Shown piece after piece: positions 32,048 through 42,535 of a DNA stretch of 64,000 nt. Source of the stretch: Nitrospirota bacterium (GTDB taxonomy: Bacteria > Nitrospirota > UBA9217); the NCBI GenBank assembly GCA_963790205.1, contig CAWBNQ010000006.1:1-64000 (forward strand), read 5' to 3'. The position numbers and the translations under genes were made by a program. The notes under the pieces were generated by a model, which did no database searches, was not told where the DNA came from, and was given only the letters and a program-made list of their open reading frames with translations. The stretch's first letter is position 1; each line of letters opens with the position of its first letter.

Positions 32048-33282
32048 GCGAAACAACATGTTTTTACGATATCCACTGCCATGCCATGAACCTGAGCCAT
32101 CCGAACCTCTACGCCATGGTAAAACGGAAATGGGCCCTGGCGCTGCTCATGTCTCCGCTGGCCCTCCCCGCACAGTTTTTTTTAAAGGAAAAGGTCAAGA
32201 GGGCGTCAAACCTGCTTTCGGCGATGGAAAACGATGTCACGGATTTTTTCCTGATCACGGAATATTTTCTGAAAAAAAACGGGCAGGAGCTGCGGATCGG
32301 AGATACGGCGTTCAACAAGATCGTCCTGACGCCGCTGTTGATGGACTTTGGATGCAAGGACATGAAAAGCGATGCCTTTTACAACCGCGCCCCTCAAAAG
32401 CCGATAGCGGAACAGGTCGTTGATGTGTTCAACGGCATCAAGGATTATTGCCGGTATAAACTGGTTTTGAACGATGATGGTATTGATTATGACGCCGATA
32501 CCAAGGAAAATAAATTGTTTGAGATCTATCCTTTCCTTGGGATCAACACCAAGAACTACAAGCTTCAAGGCGTTGACGCCCTGTTCGATAAATACTTCAA
32601 GGAGTATAAACATGACCATCAGAGCCTGTATGACAGAATGGGGACGTTTGAAGGCGACATCGACGACATGAAAAGCAATTTTTTTGCCGGTGTGAAGGTA
32701 TATCCGCCCCTCGGGTTCGATCCCTGGCCCGGGAACAACGCGGAGGAACTGGATAAGGTGATGTGCCTGTACCGGCACTGCTGCAAAAAAAACATCCCCA
32801 TCACAACTCACTGCAGCGATGGGGGGTTTTCCCTTGTCGATGAGGCCAAAGAGTTCACCTCTCCCGAAAAATGGCGGACCGTTCTGTCGAACAAGGAGTT
32901 CAGCGGCCTGAGGCTTAATTTCGCCCACTTCGGAAGGCAGGGGAGGAGATGGTACGGGGCCGGGAATCACGACTGGGAAAACATGATCGTCTCGCTCATT
33001 GCATCACGTGACAATAACGTGTATGCGGATTTCTCCTACCGGGGCTGCGAGGATGGTTATTACGATGGCCTGAACAAGCTCATGGATAAACAGCCTGAAA
33101 AGGACAGGGAGCTGCTGAAACAGCGGATATTGTTCGGGTCCGATTTCATGATCAATCTGCTGGACAGCGATTCCTATAACCAGTATCTCGCGGGCTTCAT
33201 GGACAAGGGAAACCCGCTGGGAGCGGAGGAGCGGGTCCGTTTTTGTTCAGCCAACCCGGAAAGATTTCTTTTCGGGCCGTGA
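32044..33282 (+). CDS. amidohydrolase-family metalloenzyme
   Basis: DIHCH, GVKVYPPLG, TTHCS, NFAHFG, ILFGSDF, ANPERFL. Confidence 0.85.
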   Translation: MSETTCFYDIHCHAMNLSHPNLYAMVKRKWALALLMSPLALPAQFFLKEKVKRASNLLSAMENDVTDFFLITEYFLKKNGQELRIGDTAFNKIVLTPLLMDFGCKDMKSDAFYNRAPQKPIAEQVVDVFNGIKDYCRYKLVLNDDGIDYDADTKENKLFEIYPFLGINTKNYKLQGVDALFDKYFKEYKHDHQSLYDRMGTFEGDIDDMKSNFFAGVKVYPPLGFDPWPGNNAEELDKVMCLYRHCCKKNIPITTHCSDGGFSLVDEAKEFTSPEKWRTVLSNKEFSGLRLNFAHFGRQGRRWYGAGNHDWENMIVSLIASRDNNVYADFSYRGCEDGYYDGLNKLMDKQPEKDRELLKQRILFGSDFMINLLDSDSYNQYLAGFMDKGNPLGAEERVRFCSANPERFLFGP

Positions 33283-33334
33283 CGAAGAGGAGAACGTTCG
33301 CAAGCTCACTGAGCAGACCGGAAGGAGAAGGAAC

Positions 33335-33571
33335 ATGGAATTCTTTACCGTCCCCTGCCCCGGCAGGGGAAATGTCTCGGTTGGCGGCAGTTTTCAGGGA
33401 GCGAGCATAAAGGACGATAAGCTTCACGTATTCCAGTGCGGCGAGGGACTCCATGATATTTCCATGGAGTGCCTTGTGGGGAAAAAGTGCCACGTAACCA
33501 TGCAGCGGATTTTGATCGCCGGCACCAACCCGGTTCTGCCACAGGAGATCCCGTTCATATGCGCGGTATAG
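33335..33571 (+). CDS. small Cys-containing hypothetical protein
   Basis: RBS GGAGAAGG; overlaps the start of the patatin gene. Confidence 0.5.
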   Translation: MEFFTVPCPGRGNVSVGGSFQGASIKDDKLHVFQCGEGLHDISMECLVGKKCHVTMQRILIAGTNPVLPQEIPFICAV

Positions 33572-35043
33572 ATCGTTTCCTGGCCCTTCTATCGACAACG
33601 GCGCTTGTTGTCGTCGTCGTTGGCTGCGCCCACTACAAAGATAATCCGCGGCTTGATGCCATTGATCCGAATGGGGGATATCGCTACAGCGTTGTGCGTG
33701 GCAAACCGGCAGAAGAAAAGCCCTTCGTTCTCCTTGCCTTTTCCGGCGGTGGAACGCGCGCCGCCGCCTTCGCTTTCGGCCTGATGGAGGAGCTCCGCAC
33801 GATCGAGTATGCGGCCAAAGGAGGCGCCAGACGCCGGCTGCTGGACGACGTCGAGATCATTTCCTCCGTCTCCGGCGGCAGTTTTACCTCGTCCTATTAC
33901 GCGCTGTTCCCGGACCGTTTCTTCAGCGACTTCCCGGACCGGTTCCTCTACCGTAATATCGAGGGCGGCCTGCTGGCAAGGCTGTTCAACCCCTACAATT
34001 GGTACCGGCTCCTCTCCCCCGACTTCAGCCGCATTGATCTGGCGGACGAGTATTACAATGATGCCGTATTCGACGGGAAGACCTTTGCGGACCTGCTCAT
34101 GAACCGCAAAGGAAACGTTCCCTTTCTCGTGCTGAATGCGACCGACATCTCGATCACCCATCGCTTTGAGTTCACGCAGGACCAGTTCGACCTCCTTTGC
34201 TCGGATCTTTCCGGGGTGTCCCTTTCCCGGGCCGTCGCCGCCTCGTCCAATTTCCCTGTCGCTTTTGCGCCGATGACCGTAAACATCTACAACAAAAAAC
34301 ACTGTGGTCCTCTGCCCGGCTGGATCGGGCCGGCGCTTGCGAATTATAAAAATACCGGCCGCCGCTTCTTCGACGCCCGCGCGGCTGTCTCGTACCGCGA
34401 CCCGGCCAGGAGCTACGCCCACCTTCTCGACGGCGGCCTGTCGGACAACCTCGGTTTGCGCGGGCCCTATCAGGCAATCACTACTCTCGACAGCCCCTGG
34501 AGCATTTTGACCCAGGCCAACCTGGCACGCCTCGGCAAACTGATGGTAATCGCGGCCAATGCCAAGACGACCAAACATAAGGAGTGGGACAAAACGAGCG
34601 CGCCGCCGGGGATATCCTCCGTCCTGAGCGTGACCATGAACGGACCGATGGACGATGTCTCCCTGGACAGCGTGGAAATGACCGGCAATCACTTCCAGTA
34701 TATGAAGCAGCTGTCGGACACGGTCGACGCGTGCAACACGGTCCTTGCCCGGAAGTGCCCCGCGGCCCCCCCGATCACCAACCCTCTTGTCACTGACTTC
34801 ACCTTTGCCGAGCTCTCCTTTGACCGGATACAAGACGACCGCCTGCGGCGGTGCATGCAGGGGCTTCCGACCTCGTTCAGCCTGCCGCGGCAGACGGTTG
34901 ACCTCCTGCGCCTGGCCGCGGCGCGGCTCCTGATGACGTCCGGTCCGTTCATCAAGGGGATGCAGGACCTCGACCCGGCGTGGAAGCCCCATGAAGTGGT
35001 GATCGATCCGAAGCTCATCGATGCCGTATGCGGCCCCGGATAG
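33559..35043 (+). CDS. patatin-like phospholipase lipoprotein
   Basis: Lipobox VVGC; SGGGTRAA, SVSGGS, AASS, LDGGLSDNLG. Confidence 0.88.
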   Translation: MRGIDRFLALLSTTALVVVVVGCAHYKDNPRLDAIDPNGGYRYSVVRGKPAEEKPFVLLAFSGGGTRAAAFAFGLMEELRTIEYAAKGGARRRLLDDVEIISSVSGGSFTSSYYALFPDRFFSDFPDRFLYRNIEGGLLARLFNPYNWYRLLSPDFSRIDLADEYYNDAVFDGKTFADLLMNRKGNVPFLVLNATDISITHRFEFTQDQFDLLCSDLSGVSLSRAVAASSNFPVAFAPMTVNIYNKKHCGPLPGWIGPALANYKNTGRRFFDARAAVSYRDPARSYAHLLDGGLSDNLGLRGPYQAITTLDSPWSILTQANLARLGKLMVIAANAKTTKHKEWDKTSAPPGISSVLSVTMNGPMDDVSLDSVEMTGNHFQYMKQLSDTVDACNTVLARKCPAAPPITNPLVTDFTFAELSFDRIQDDRLRRCMQGLPTSFSLPRQTVDLLRLAAARLLMTSGPFIKGMQDLDPAWKPHEVVIDPKLIDAVCGPG

Positions 35044-35275
35044 ACTCAAGGCCCTTTTTTTGTCGTGCAGGGCGATGTGCTGGCCAGACGATGTTCATCA
35101 AGACCTTGCGGCTTCGGAATACGACGGAGAAAGTCTCTGCAACCGGCCGATCAAGCGCTTGACAAGAAAAACGCGGAAGCTCATACTGGGTAAACGCGGC
35201 CGGTTCAACGGCCGAAGGGGGAGGCATGATCGCTCCATACCGGTAATTCATAATTAGGGAAACCAGAGGGAACCC

Positions 35276-35998
35276 ATGATGCAGGACAAAAGGCGGCATA
35301 AGAGATTCAGATTGGACCTCACGGAAATAAACGGCAAGATGATCCTGGCCGACAAAGTGGAGATCAATGACATCAGTCTCGGCGGAGTCGCCCTGAAAGC
35401 GGACCGGAGGCTCAATATCGGCAAGGAATACGTGATCAAGCTGGGGGACAAGAGGACGCATATCGACGTCAGGGGCATTGTCGTGCGTTCCGAATTAAGC
35501 GGGATCGAGGAAAGGGCCAACAGGGGAAAAGTTTCAATATACACGGCAGGGCTGATGTTCAAAGAGGGACAAGCAGATATAATTGCCGGTTTTCTTGGTT
35601 CAATCGAGCAACACGAAAAAGAGGAAGCGCCGGCGACGCCTGACCGGAGGCTCGCTGTCCGGTTTCATATCATCACTCCCCGGGAGCAGGTCCTGAGCTT
35701 TCCCGCAGAGTTCAAGGTGAAGGAAATCAGCCTCAGCGGCATGTGCATCCGGACCGAGCAGGCCCTGGAAATAAAAAGCACGATCCCCATGGACCTGTCT
35801 CTCCTGACGGGCAAGCCCGTCAAGTTTACCGGCAGGGTTGCTTCATGCCGGCTGACGGAGGACAAGGGGCCGGCGCGCTACGAAACAGGGGTCGAATTCA
35901 AGGACCTGACGGATAAAGATAGAACGCTGCTTACAGCATTCATAGATTACCTGGCATTGATTGAAGTTAAAACCGACCTAAAAAAAGCAGACGATTAG
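35276..35998 (+). CDS. tandem PilZ-domain protein
   Basis: RRHKR...DISLGG and RRLAVR...EISLSG. Confidence 0.85.
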   Translation: MMQDKRRHKRFRLDLTEINGKMILADKVEINDISLGGVALKADRRLNIGKEYVIKLGDKRTHIDVRGIVVRSELSGIEERANRGKVSIYTAGLMFKEGQADIIAGFLGSIEQHEKEEAPATPDRRLAVRFHIITPREQVLSFPAEFKVKEISLSGMCIRTEQALEIKSTIPMDLSLLTGKPVKFTGRVASCRLTEDKGPARYETGVEFKDLTDKDRTLLTAFIDYLALIEVKTDLKKADD

Positions 35999-36077
35999 GG
36001 CGCCGGGCGGCAGAACGGCAACGCAGGCTCATTCGTCATGTTGCTTTTCGGAGTATTGTGATCTGATATTGACGATG

Positions 36078-36180
36078 TACGATTTGGAATTTCCGATTGG
36101 CGATTTGAGATTTTAGATCCGGGATTTTAGCTTTACGATTCAGTCAATCTCAAATCGCAAATCTGCAATCTTAAATCGAC
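36078..36180. repeat. 7-bp periodic inverted repeat (GATTTGA / TCAAATC)
   Basis: GATTTGG AATTTCC GATTGGC GATTTGA GATTTTA ... AATCTCA AATCGCA AATCTGC AATCTTA AATC. Confidence 0.7.
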
Positions 36181-36207
36181 TGTTCATAGATGAAAGGAGA
36201 AGCCAAG

Positions 36208-36525
36208 ATGAAAAAGCTGGTCTTTGCCGTTCTGTTGATTTCCTTCCTTGCCGGCTGCTACTCAGTGCCGGTCAGAATCCCCACGGTCATGGACAAGCAA
36301 TATGATGTTTTGGGCGAGGGCGAGGGTTCCGCTGTCGGGATCATGCTGTTCGATGTTATACCCATCGGCCAGAATGAGCGTTTGGAGCAAGCATACAAGG
36401 AAGCCGTTTCCAGCAAAAACGGAGACGCTTTGATCGACCCGGTCATTTCAGAGCGCTGGTTCTGGGCCTATATTCTCAATGGATACGTAACAAAGGTGAC
36501 AGGGACCGTGATCAAATATAAGTAG
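36208..36525 (+). CDS. small lipoprotein
   Basis: Lipobox LAGC; RBS AAGGAG. Confidence 0.75.
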   Translation: MKKLVFAVLLISFLAGCYSVPVRIPTVMDKQYDVLGEGEGSAVGIMLFDVIPIGQNERLEQAYKEAVSSKNGDALIDPVISERWFWAYILNGYVTKVTGTVIKYK

Positions 36526-36547
36526 CCCGGGAGAAAGAATAAAGGAA

Positions 36548-36640
36548 AAAGTTTGAAGTGTGAAGAGAGAAGGATGAAATAACTTCTCCCTCGGGATCAC
36601 CCTGTGATTTCAAACTTCACCCTTCAAACTTCTGACTTCT
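36548..36640. repeat. GAAGTTTGAAG heptamer hairpin element B
   Basis: GTTTGAAGTGTGAAG...ATAACTTCTCCCTCGGGA...TTCAAACTTCACCCTTCAAACTT; homologous to 40130-40215. Confidence 0.8.
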
Positions 36641-36673
36641 ACCGGTGAATTCCATTACTCGGAGGGAACAAGC

Positions 36674-37690
36674 ATGAAACGGAAAGCCGCTTTGCTCATG
36701 GTGCTCATTATCGCCGCATTTTTCGGAGCGCCGGAAGTTCAGGCCCAGTCCCAGCTTAATTATGAAAAAATCAAGACGCTGCGGGGATATCAGGGCGACG
36801 TTCTGTCGCTCGCGATCAGCCCCGACGGCAAATACATGGCGGCCGGAACGTCCGACAACGCGATCGTCGTCTGGGACACGGCGAATTGGCGGATCATCGC
36901 CACGCTCAATGAGGACGAGGGCGATGTCAATGCCCTGGCGTTCAGCCGCGACGGAAAGCTCATGGCCTCGGGACATTCTCATGACAAGGTGTATCTCTGG
37001 GACACGACGGCGTGGAAAAAGACGGCAACGATCAAGGCCCCGAGAACGGTGAACGCGCTGGCGTTCAACCGGGACGGCAGCGTCCTCGCCATAGCGAGCG
37101 ATGACGACGACGGGATGCTGTGGGACGTTCACAAGGACAAGCTGTTCAAGAAGCTGAAAGGCCACAGCAGGGACATCGAGGCGGTCGCGTACAGCCCCGA
37201 CGGGACGCAGGTGGCGACCGGCAGCCGGGACAATACGGTCATTCTCTGGGACGCGGCCTCGGGCGATAAGATCAGGACCTTGAAAGGCCACGCGAACAAT
37301 GTAAATGCGGTCGCCTACAGCAGCGATGGAAAATATCTCCTCTCCGGCAGCAATGACAATTCCCTGGCGATCTGGGACGCCAAAACAGGGAATCTGATCG
37401 ACGGGCTTACCGGTCATTCCAACGGGGTCTGCACCCTATCGTTCCTCCCGAACAGCCACACGGCGGTTTCCGGCGATTGCATCGCTCTTACCGGCCCCTT
37501 TGGAATACCGATCAGGCAAACGGACGACTCGTGCAAGCTTATCTTCTGGGACGTCGCGTCCGCCAAAAAAATAAAGACCCTCGAAAGCGACTGCGGGTTA
37601 AGCTGCTCCGCCTTCAGTCCTGACGGAAAATACTTTGTGGCCGGCTACGCAAAAAGCGGCCGGTTCATCGAGCTTTATGAACGGAAATAG
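36674..37690 (+). CDS. exported WD40-repeat beta-propeller
   Basis: Signal peptide; repeated LxGH...VA(Y/F)SPDG...ATGSxD.T..LWD. Confidence 0.92.
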   Translation: MKRKAALLMVLIIAAFFGAPEVQAQSQLNYEKIKTLRGYQGDVLSLAISPDGKYMAAGTSDNAIVVWDTANWRIIATLNEDEGDVNALAFSRDGKLMASGHSHDKVYLWDTTAWKKTATIKAPRTVNALAFNRDGSVLAIASDDDDGMLWDVHKDKLFKKLKGHSRDIEAVAYSPDGTQVATGSRDNTVILWDAASGDKIRTLKGHANNVNAVAYSSDGKYLLSGSNDNSLAIWDAKTGNLIDGLTGHSNGVCTLSFLPNSHTAVSGDCIALTGPFGIPIRQTDDSCKLIFWDVASAKKIKTLESDCGLSCSAFSPDGKYFVAGYAKSGRFIELYERK

Positions 37691-37693
37691 CCG

Positions 37694-37760
37694 GTTTGAA
37701 GGGAAAAGGGGAAAGTTTGAAGTGAGAAGTGAGAAATGAGAAGGGTGAAGTTTGAAAAGA
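37694..37760 (+). repeat. GAAGTTTGAAG heptamer element C (left arm only)
   Basis: GTTTGAAGGG...AAGTTTGAAGTGAGAAGTGAGAAATGAGAAGGGTGAAGTTTGAA. Confidence 0.7.
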
Positions 37761-37808
37761 AGAATGTTCAGGACAAGATGCAGTGGATAAATGCAAAGGA
37801 TGGGTAAA

Positions 37809-38064
37809 ATGCTGAACCGCGGAGGCGCGGAGACGCAGAGGGATAACCAATTAACGGAAAAGATCATAGGCTGTGCAATTGAAGTTCATAAAGCATTAGG
37901 CCCTGGTCTTTTAGAGTCGGCCTATGAAGAATGCTTTTGCTATGAACTTGCCCAAAATGGTTTTTCTGTTAGCCGTCAGGTTCCTTTACCTGTCTCTTAT
38001 AGGGTTGTTGCTGAATTTTATTGTTCCAGCTCCTAAAGACGGAATAAAACGATTCGTGAATTAA
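37809..38064 (+). pseudogene. GxxExxY protein, internally deleted
   Basis: [24 protein letters not shown], then a jump to GLLLNF...GIKRFVN* in another frame; central PD-(D/E)xK part missing. Confidence 0.8.
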
Positions 38065-38101
38065 TTTTAAGATGCCTCCGCGTCTCGGCGGTGAATACTA
38101 G

Positions 38102-39434
38102 CAGTTTGCTGAAAAAGTCCTTTTCAAACGTGATGTAAATGCGTATAGTGGCGCAACGGCAGTTGACAAGGAGGCCACATGCGCGGTGAAAACGAGATTC
38201 AGAGCGGGATGTTCAGTTACTTTTCTCCTGAACAGCGTGTCCCGGCCCAGCATCCTCTGCGGGCGATCAAAGCCCATGCGGATACGGTTCTTGCAGAGCT
38301 TTCGCCGGTCTTCGACTCCATGTACAGCAACATGGGGCGGCCGTCGATCCCGCCGGAGAGGCTGCTGAAATCCCAGCTCTTGATCGCCCTGTACTCGGTG
38401 CGTTCCGAAACCCAGTTCTGCGAAATGGTGGATTATAACATTCTCTTCCGCTGGTTTTTGGATATGGACCTGGAAGAGTCGTCCTTCGATCCCACGACGT
38501 TCACGAAGAACCGGGATCGGCTTCTGGAACATCGGGTGGCCGTGAAGTTTTTTGATCGTGTGGTTAACATCGCCCGGAAAGGCGGGCTGCTCTCGGATGA
38601 TCATTTTACGGTGGACGGCAGCCTTATTGAGGCCTGCGCCAGTCTGAAGAGCTTCCGTCCCAAGGACGAGGACCCTTCGGACCGCCCGACGACGGACGAT
38701 GATCCGGGAAATCCCACGGTGAACTTTCGGGGTGAGAAACGGTCGAACAAGACTCATGCTTCTACCACTGATCCCGAGTCTCGTTTGATGAAGAAGAGCG
38801 CGGGCAAGGAGGCTAAGCTTTCTTTCGGCGCCCATGCCTTGATGGAGAACCGAAACGGCCTGCTGGTCGACATCACCGTTACCCCGGCAACGGGTGATGC
38901 GGAACGGGAGGCGGCCAAGGATATGCTTACCCGTCAGGCGCGGAAACGCGTTAAACCCAAGACCATCGGTGCCGATAAGGGCTACGATACCCAGGGCTTT
39001 GTTGAGGCCATGCGGGGCAGAGAGATCACGCCGCATGTTGCGGCCAACACCGAAAGAAGAGGCGGCTCTGCCATAGATGGACGCACCACGCGGCACGAAG
39101 GATACAACATCAGCCAGCGAATCCGAAAACGGGTGGAAGAGATCTTCGGATGGCTCAAGAGCATCGGCGGTTTCAGGCGGACACGGTACAAGGGAAGAGA
39201 TCGAACCCACCTTCAAGCCTTGTTCGTCGGAGCTGCATACAACCTGCTGCGAATAGTAAATATCCAACGGCGAACTGCGGCTGCTACATAGCAAAAGCGC
39301 AGTAGAATCCCGATAATGGGTGCCGAAAGGCGATCTTGAATGAGCTACAAAGTGTGTCATAGGCTTTGCAGTAGGATAAAAATCAAGCTCCGAATAGAAT
39401 TTTTTAAACTGAAGGCCACTTTTTCAGCGGCCTG
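38102..39434 (+). mobile_element. IS5-family insertion sequence
   Basis: TIRs CAGTTTGCTGAAAAAGT / ACTTTTTCAGCGGCCTG, flanked on both sides by CTAG (38098-38101, 39435-39438). Confidence 0.88.
38179..39291 (+). CDS. IS5-family DDE transposase
   Basis: GRPSIPPERLL, FTVDGSLI, STTDPE, GADKGYD, RKRVEEIFGWLK. Confidence 0.9.
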   Translation: MRGENEIQSGMFSYFSPEQRVPAQHPLRAIKAHADTVLAELSPVFDSMYSNMGRPSIPPERLLKSQLLIALYSVRSETQFCEMVDYNILFRWFLDMDLEESSFDPTTFTKNRDRLLEHRVAVKFFDRVVNIARKGGLLSDDHFTVDGSLIEACASLKSFRPKDEDPSDRPTTDDDPGNPTVNFRGEKRSNKTHASTTDPESRLMKKSAGKEAKLSFGAHALMENRNGLLVDITVTPATGDAEREAAKDMLTRQARKRVKPKTIGADKGYDTQGFVEAMRGREITPHVAANTERRGGSAIDGRTTRHEGYNISQRIRKRVEEIFGWLKSIGGFRRTRYKGRDRTHLQALFVGAAYNLLRIVNIQRRTAAAT

Positions 39435-39458
39435 CTAGGAATTCAGGAGGACTTTTTC

Positions 39459-40124
39459 ATGGACGTCATTGATGCGTTGAACTCACGGTTTACGGTCCGC
39501 GCTTTCAAGTCTGATCCCGTCGACCGCCGCACGCTCGAAAGGGTCATGGAGGCCGCGCTCAGGGCGCCGTCCTGGGCCAATACCCAGCCCTGGGAGGTCT
39601 ACGTGGCAGGCGGCGAGGTCCTGAACAGGCTGCGCCAGGACTACCTTGCGAACCTGAAGAACTGCGTGGCCAGAAACCCCGATCTTGCCGCGCCGAAGGA
39701 GTGGCCACCGCTGCTCCGGAAACGGATGGAGGCCCTGAAGTCAGAACGCATGGCGACCCTTGAGCGGGTCTGCCTGGACAAGTCGGAAATGAAGGACCTG
39801 TCGGAAATGAACTATCATTTCTTTCATGCGCCCGCGGTCGCGTATATCTGCATGGACAGGACGCTCACCCCCTGGTCGGTCTACGACCTCGGTCTTTTTT
39901 CCCAGAGCCTCATGCTGGCGGCGCGCCACTTCGGCCTCGATTCGGCCCCGGCGGTGACCCTAGCCGCCCATCCCGACCTGATCCGGAAGGAACTGAACAT
40001 ACCGGACGGCCTTTCGATCATCATCGGGATAGCGCTCGGGTATGCGGATACCAAGCATCCGCAGAACCAGTATCGAACCCTTCGTCGGCCCGTTCAGGAA
40101 GCGGTAACGTTCAAGGGGATTTAG
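39459..40124 (+). CDS. nitroreductase family protein
   Basis: RFTVRAF, APSWANTQPW, DLGLFSQSLMLAA..GL, GIALGY. Confidence 0.92.
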   Translation: MDVIDALNSRFTVRAFKSDPVDRRTLERVMEAALRAPSWANTQPWEVYVAGGEVLNRLRQDYLANLKNCVARNPDLAAPKEWPPLLRKRMEALKSERMATLERVCLDKSEMKDLSEMNYHFFHAPAVAYICMDRTLTPWSVYDLGLFSQSLMLAARHFGLDSAPAVTLAAHPDLIRKELNIPDGLSIIIGIALGYADTKHPQNQYRTLRRPVQEAVTFKGI

Positions 40125-40129
40125 CGCAG

Positions 40130-40215
40130 GTTTGAAGCGGGAAATGAGAAGAATGAAATAACTTCTCCATCAGGGAACACTATGGCTTCAAACTTCACCC
40201 GTCTCACTTCGAACT
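40130..40215. repeat. GAAGTTTGAAG heptamer hairpin element D
   Basis: Colinear with element B, including the core ATAACTTCTCC..(C)GGGA. Confidence 0.8.
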
Positions 40216-40308
40216 GTTTCGTCGGGAGGAAGCAGGCACGTGACCCCATAAGCCCAAGGCCGTGTTGACTTGAACGCCACCAATAACTTTTCAGGAGGGA
40301 AAAACGTC

Positions 40309-40926
40309 ATGAAAAAGGCATTGCTCGTACTTGTGCTGTCTGCGGGGGTGTCGGGTTGCGCTTTTACAACGGAGAACATAGACCTCTCATACGCTCCCCA
40401 GCCGGGTGTGGCAAAAATTGCCGAAGCGAACAACGTTATCGTAAGCGTTCAAGTGGATGACCAGCGCCAGGACAAAAGCAACAGGGTCAGCAGCAAAAAG
40501 AACGGATTCGGGATGGAGACGGCGCCTATCCTGGCCAATGAAGATGTCACGGTGACCGTCCGACGCGCGATAGAACAGGAGCTGCAATCGCGCGGTTTCT
40601 CGATCGGCAACGGATCGGTCGTTACAATACTTGCCGAATTGACCCGTTTTTGGAACGATCACAAGGTGGGCTTTTTTTCAATCGATGCGATCGCCGAGCT
40701 GAACATGAACGTCCTGGTAAAGGACAAGAGCGGAACGATTCTCTATTCCCGCACTATTCAAGCACAGGGCATTGAACCTAATAACCAGCTGTCGAACGGC
40801 AACAATGCGCGTTTGGCCCTGAACAAGGCCCTGGAAAAGGCCATGAAGTTATTGTTTGAAGATGGGACATTTATTTCCGCATTGATTCATGATGCGAGGA
40901 AAAGTCCTCCCGCCGCAGGACAATGA
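40309..40926 (+). CDS. YajG-like lipoprotein
   Basis: Lipobox VSGC; VxVDDQR...ELQSRGF...ALNKAL. Confidence 0.7.
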   Translation: MKKALLVLVLSAGVSGCAFTTENIDLSYAPQPGVAKIAEANNVIVSVQVDDQRQDKSNRVSSKKNGFGMETAPILANEDVTVTVRRAIEQELQSRGFSIGNGSVVTILAELTRFWNDHKVGFFSIDAIAELNMNVLVKDKSGTILYSRTIQAQGIEPNNQLSNGNNARLALNKALEKAMKLLFEDGTFISALIHDARKSPPAAGQ

Positions 40927-41000
40927 GGCCATGCCGGGGATGGAGCGCATTGAAGTGTGAAATGAGAAGAGTGAAATGGAGGGAAGTTTTTTTAAAACAC

Positions 41001-41923
41001 ATGAGGAACATCAAAAGCCCGCTCATCCTGTTCATCCTGTTTTTTGCCTGTGCCATGGCCCCGGCCGCAGAGGTCTTTGCGCAGGCTGATAGTTCGCCGG
41101 CGCCGCCGCCCGTTGAGCAGGGGAAACAGCAAGACAACGACACCAGCGCCTGCAATAAAAAATCGCCGATCAGCACCTATAAGATAAACTATTTCACCCT
41201 GAACAACTGGCCGAACAACGATAACGCGCAGGTCAAATTCCAGTTCAGCGTGAAATACAAATTTTTCGACCGGGATGTTTCGGTCTGGGGACGCCCCCTG
41301 GCCCTGTATCTGGCCTATTCTCAGAAATCGCTCTGGAACGTGGGACAGAATTCCATGCCCTTCGAAGAGAGCAACTATAATCCGGAGGCCTTTCTGAACT
41401 ACACCGTAAACAGCGCGCGGGGGCCGGTCGAGCTGCGGGACGTCGTCCTGGGCCTGTATGAGCACGAGTCGAACGGGCTGGCGGGGCCCCAGTCCCGCGG
41501 CTGGAACCGCGCGTACGTAGCAGTCCGCCTGGGGTCCCTGCCGATAACGGAACCATGCAATGACGACTCAACGCGAAAGGACCACATCGAGTTAACCGTG
41601 AAAGTCTGGCACGCCTATGGATACTCCGATGAAACCGCCTATCTTCAAACGACCGGAAGCAATGAGACCTTTCTCGGGTATGAAGGCCACGGGGAGGTCA
41701 ATCTGGTCCTCAGAGACATTCTCGTCCGGGGCGGCTGGGGCAACCGGATCGATATGACGTCGAGGGTCGGGGTAGGCGGAATTTCGAATTTCAATACCAG
41801 CAGAAGATCCCGTCCCTGCATTTCTCGCCTTACTTTCAATACTGTTATGGCTACGACGAAACACTGCTCCGGTTCGACCGTTTCGGACGGCGGGCTTTCT
41901 GGGGAGTTTCGTTCGTGTATTAA
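41001..41923 (+). CDS. pldA: outer-membrane phospholipase A (OMPLA) with a probable indel near 41770
   Basis: KFQFSVK, AYSQKSLW, FEESNYNPE, catalytic HESNG, SRGWNR; a shifted frame gives YFQYCYGYDETLL...GVSFVY*. Confidence 0.8.
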
Positions 41924-41981
41924 GGCCGGACAGGGCACGGACGTTTCGCATTCTGTTTGAGGATCGGAGGAAGGCGCGGCA

Positions 41982-42458
41982 ATGAAAGTGGCGGAAATGA
42001 TCAAGCGGGCCCTCGAACAAAAGGGCCTTCTGAACAGGAAGGACGCGGCAAAGGCCCTCGGCATAAGCCTGGAACTCCTGAGGATCACGGTCTACCGGGG
42101 ACACATCCCGAAGGACGCCGTACTCGGCAAGATAGCGGACAATCTCGGCCTGGACCGCGCCGAATTGATCCTGGCAGCGCACCAGGAGCGGGCGCCCATC
42201 GAGGTGAAGGGGTATTTCCTCTCAGCCGCGAAGCGGAGGTCCTATCCGAAGAAGCGGGTATGGCCCCTTTCCGAGGAGCAGTGCGATCATCTCGGGAAGG
42301 TCCTGAACGAGACGGAGATACAGATGATCAGGATGTTCCGGCAGGTCCCCGACGAGACGAAGGCGGGGATCGTCGGCTATATCGAGTATGCGTGGGCGAC
42401 GAAGAGGATGCCGAGGGAGATGAGCGCCGCCGAGGAGAAGGGAAAGAGGGAAGGTTGA
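41982..42458 (+). CDS. putative XRE/Cro-like HTH protein, paralog 2
   Basis: Shares IKRALEQ, LILAAHQER, KGYFLSAA, PLSEEQC and FRQVP with 31532-32047. Confidence 0.7.
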   Translation: MKVAEMIKRALEQKGLLNRKDAAKALGISLELLRITVYRGHIPKDAVLGKIADNLGLDRAELILAAHQERAPIEVKGYFLSAAKRRSYPKKRVWPLSEEQCDHLGKVLNETEIQMIRMFRQVPDETKAGIVGYIEYAWATKRMPREMSAAEEKGKREG

Positions 42459-42535
42459 AGGGAGAAGGGTGAAGGGTGAAATGGAGGAAAGTTTGAAGTG
42501 GGAAAGACTTCAAACTTCACCCTTCTAACTTCCAT
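42450..42535. repeat. GAAGTTTGAAG heptamer hairpin element F
   Basis: GAAGGTT GAAGGGA GAAGGGT GAAGGGT GAA...AAGTTTGAAGT...ACTTCAAACTTCACCCTTCTAACTTC. Confidence 0.8.
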
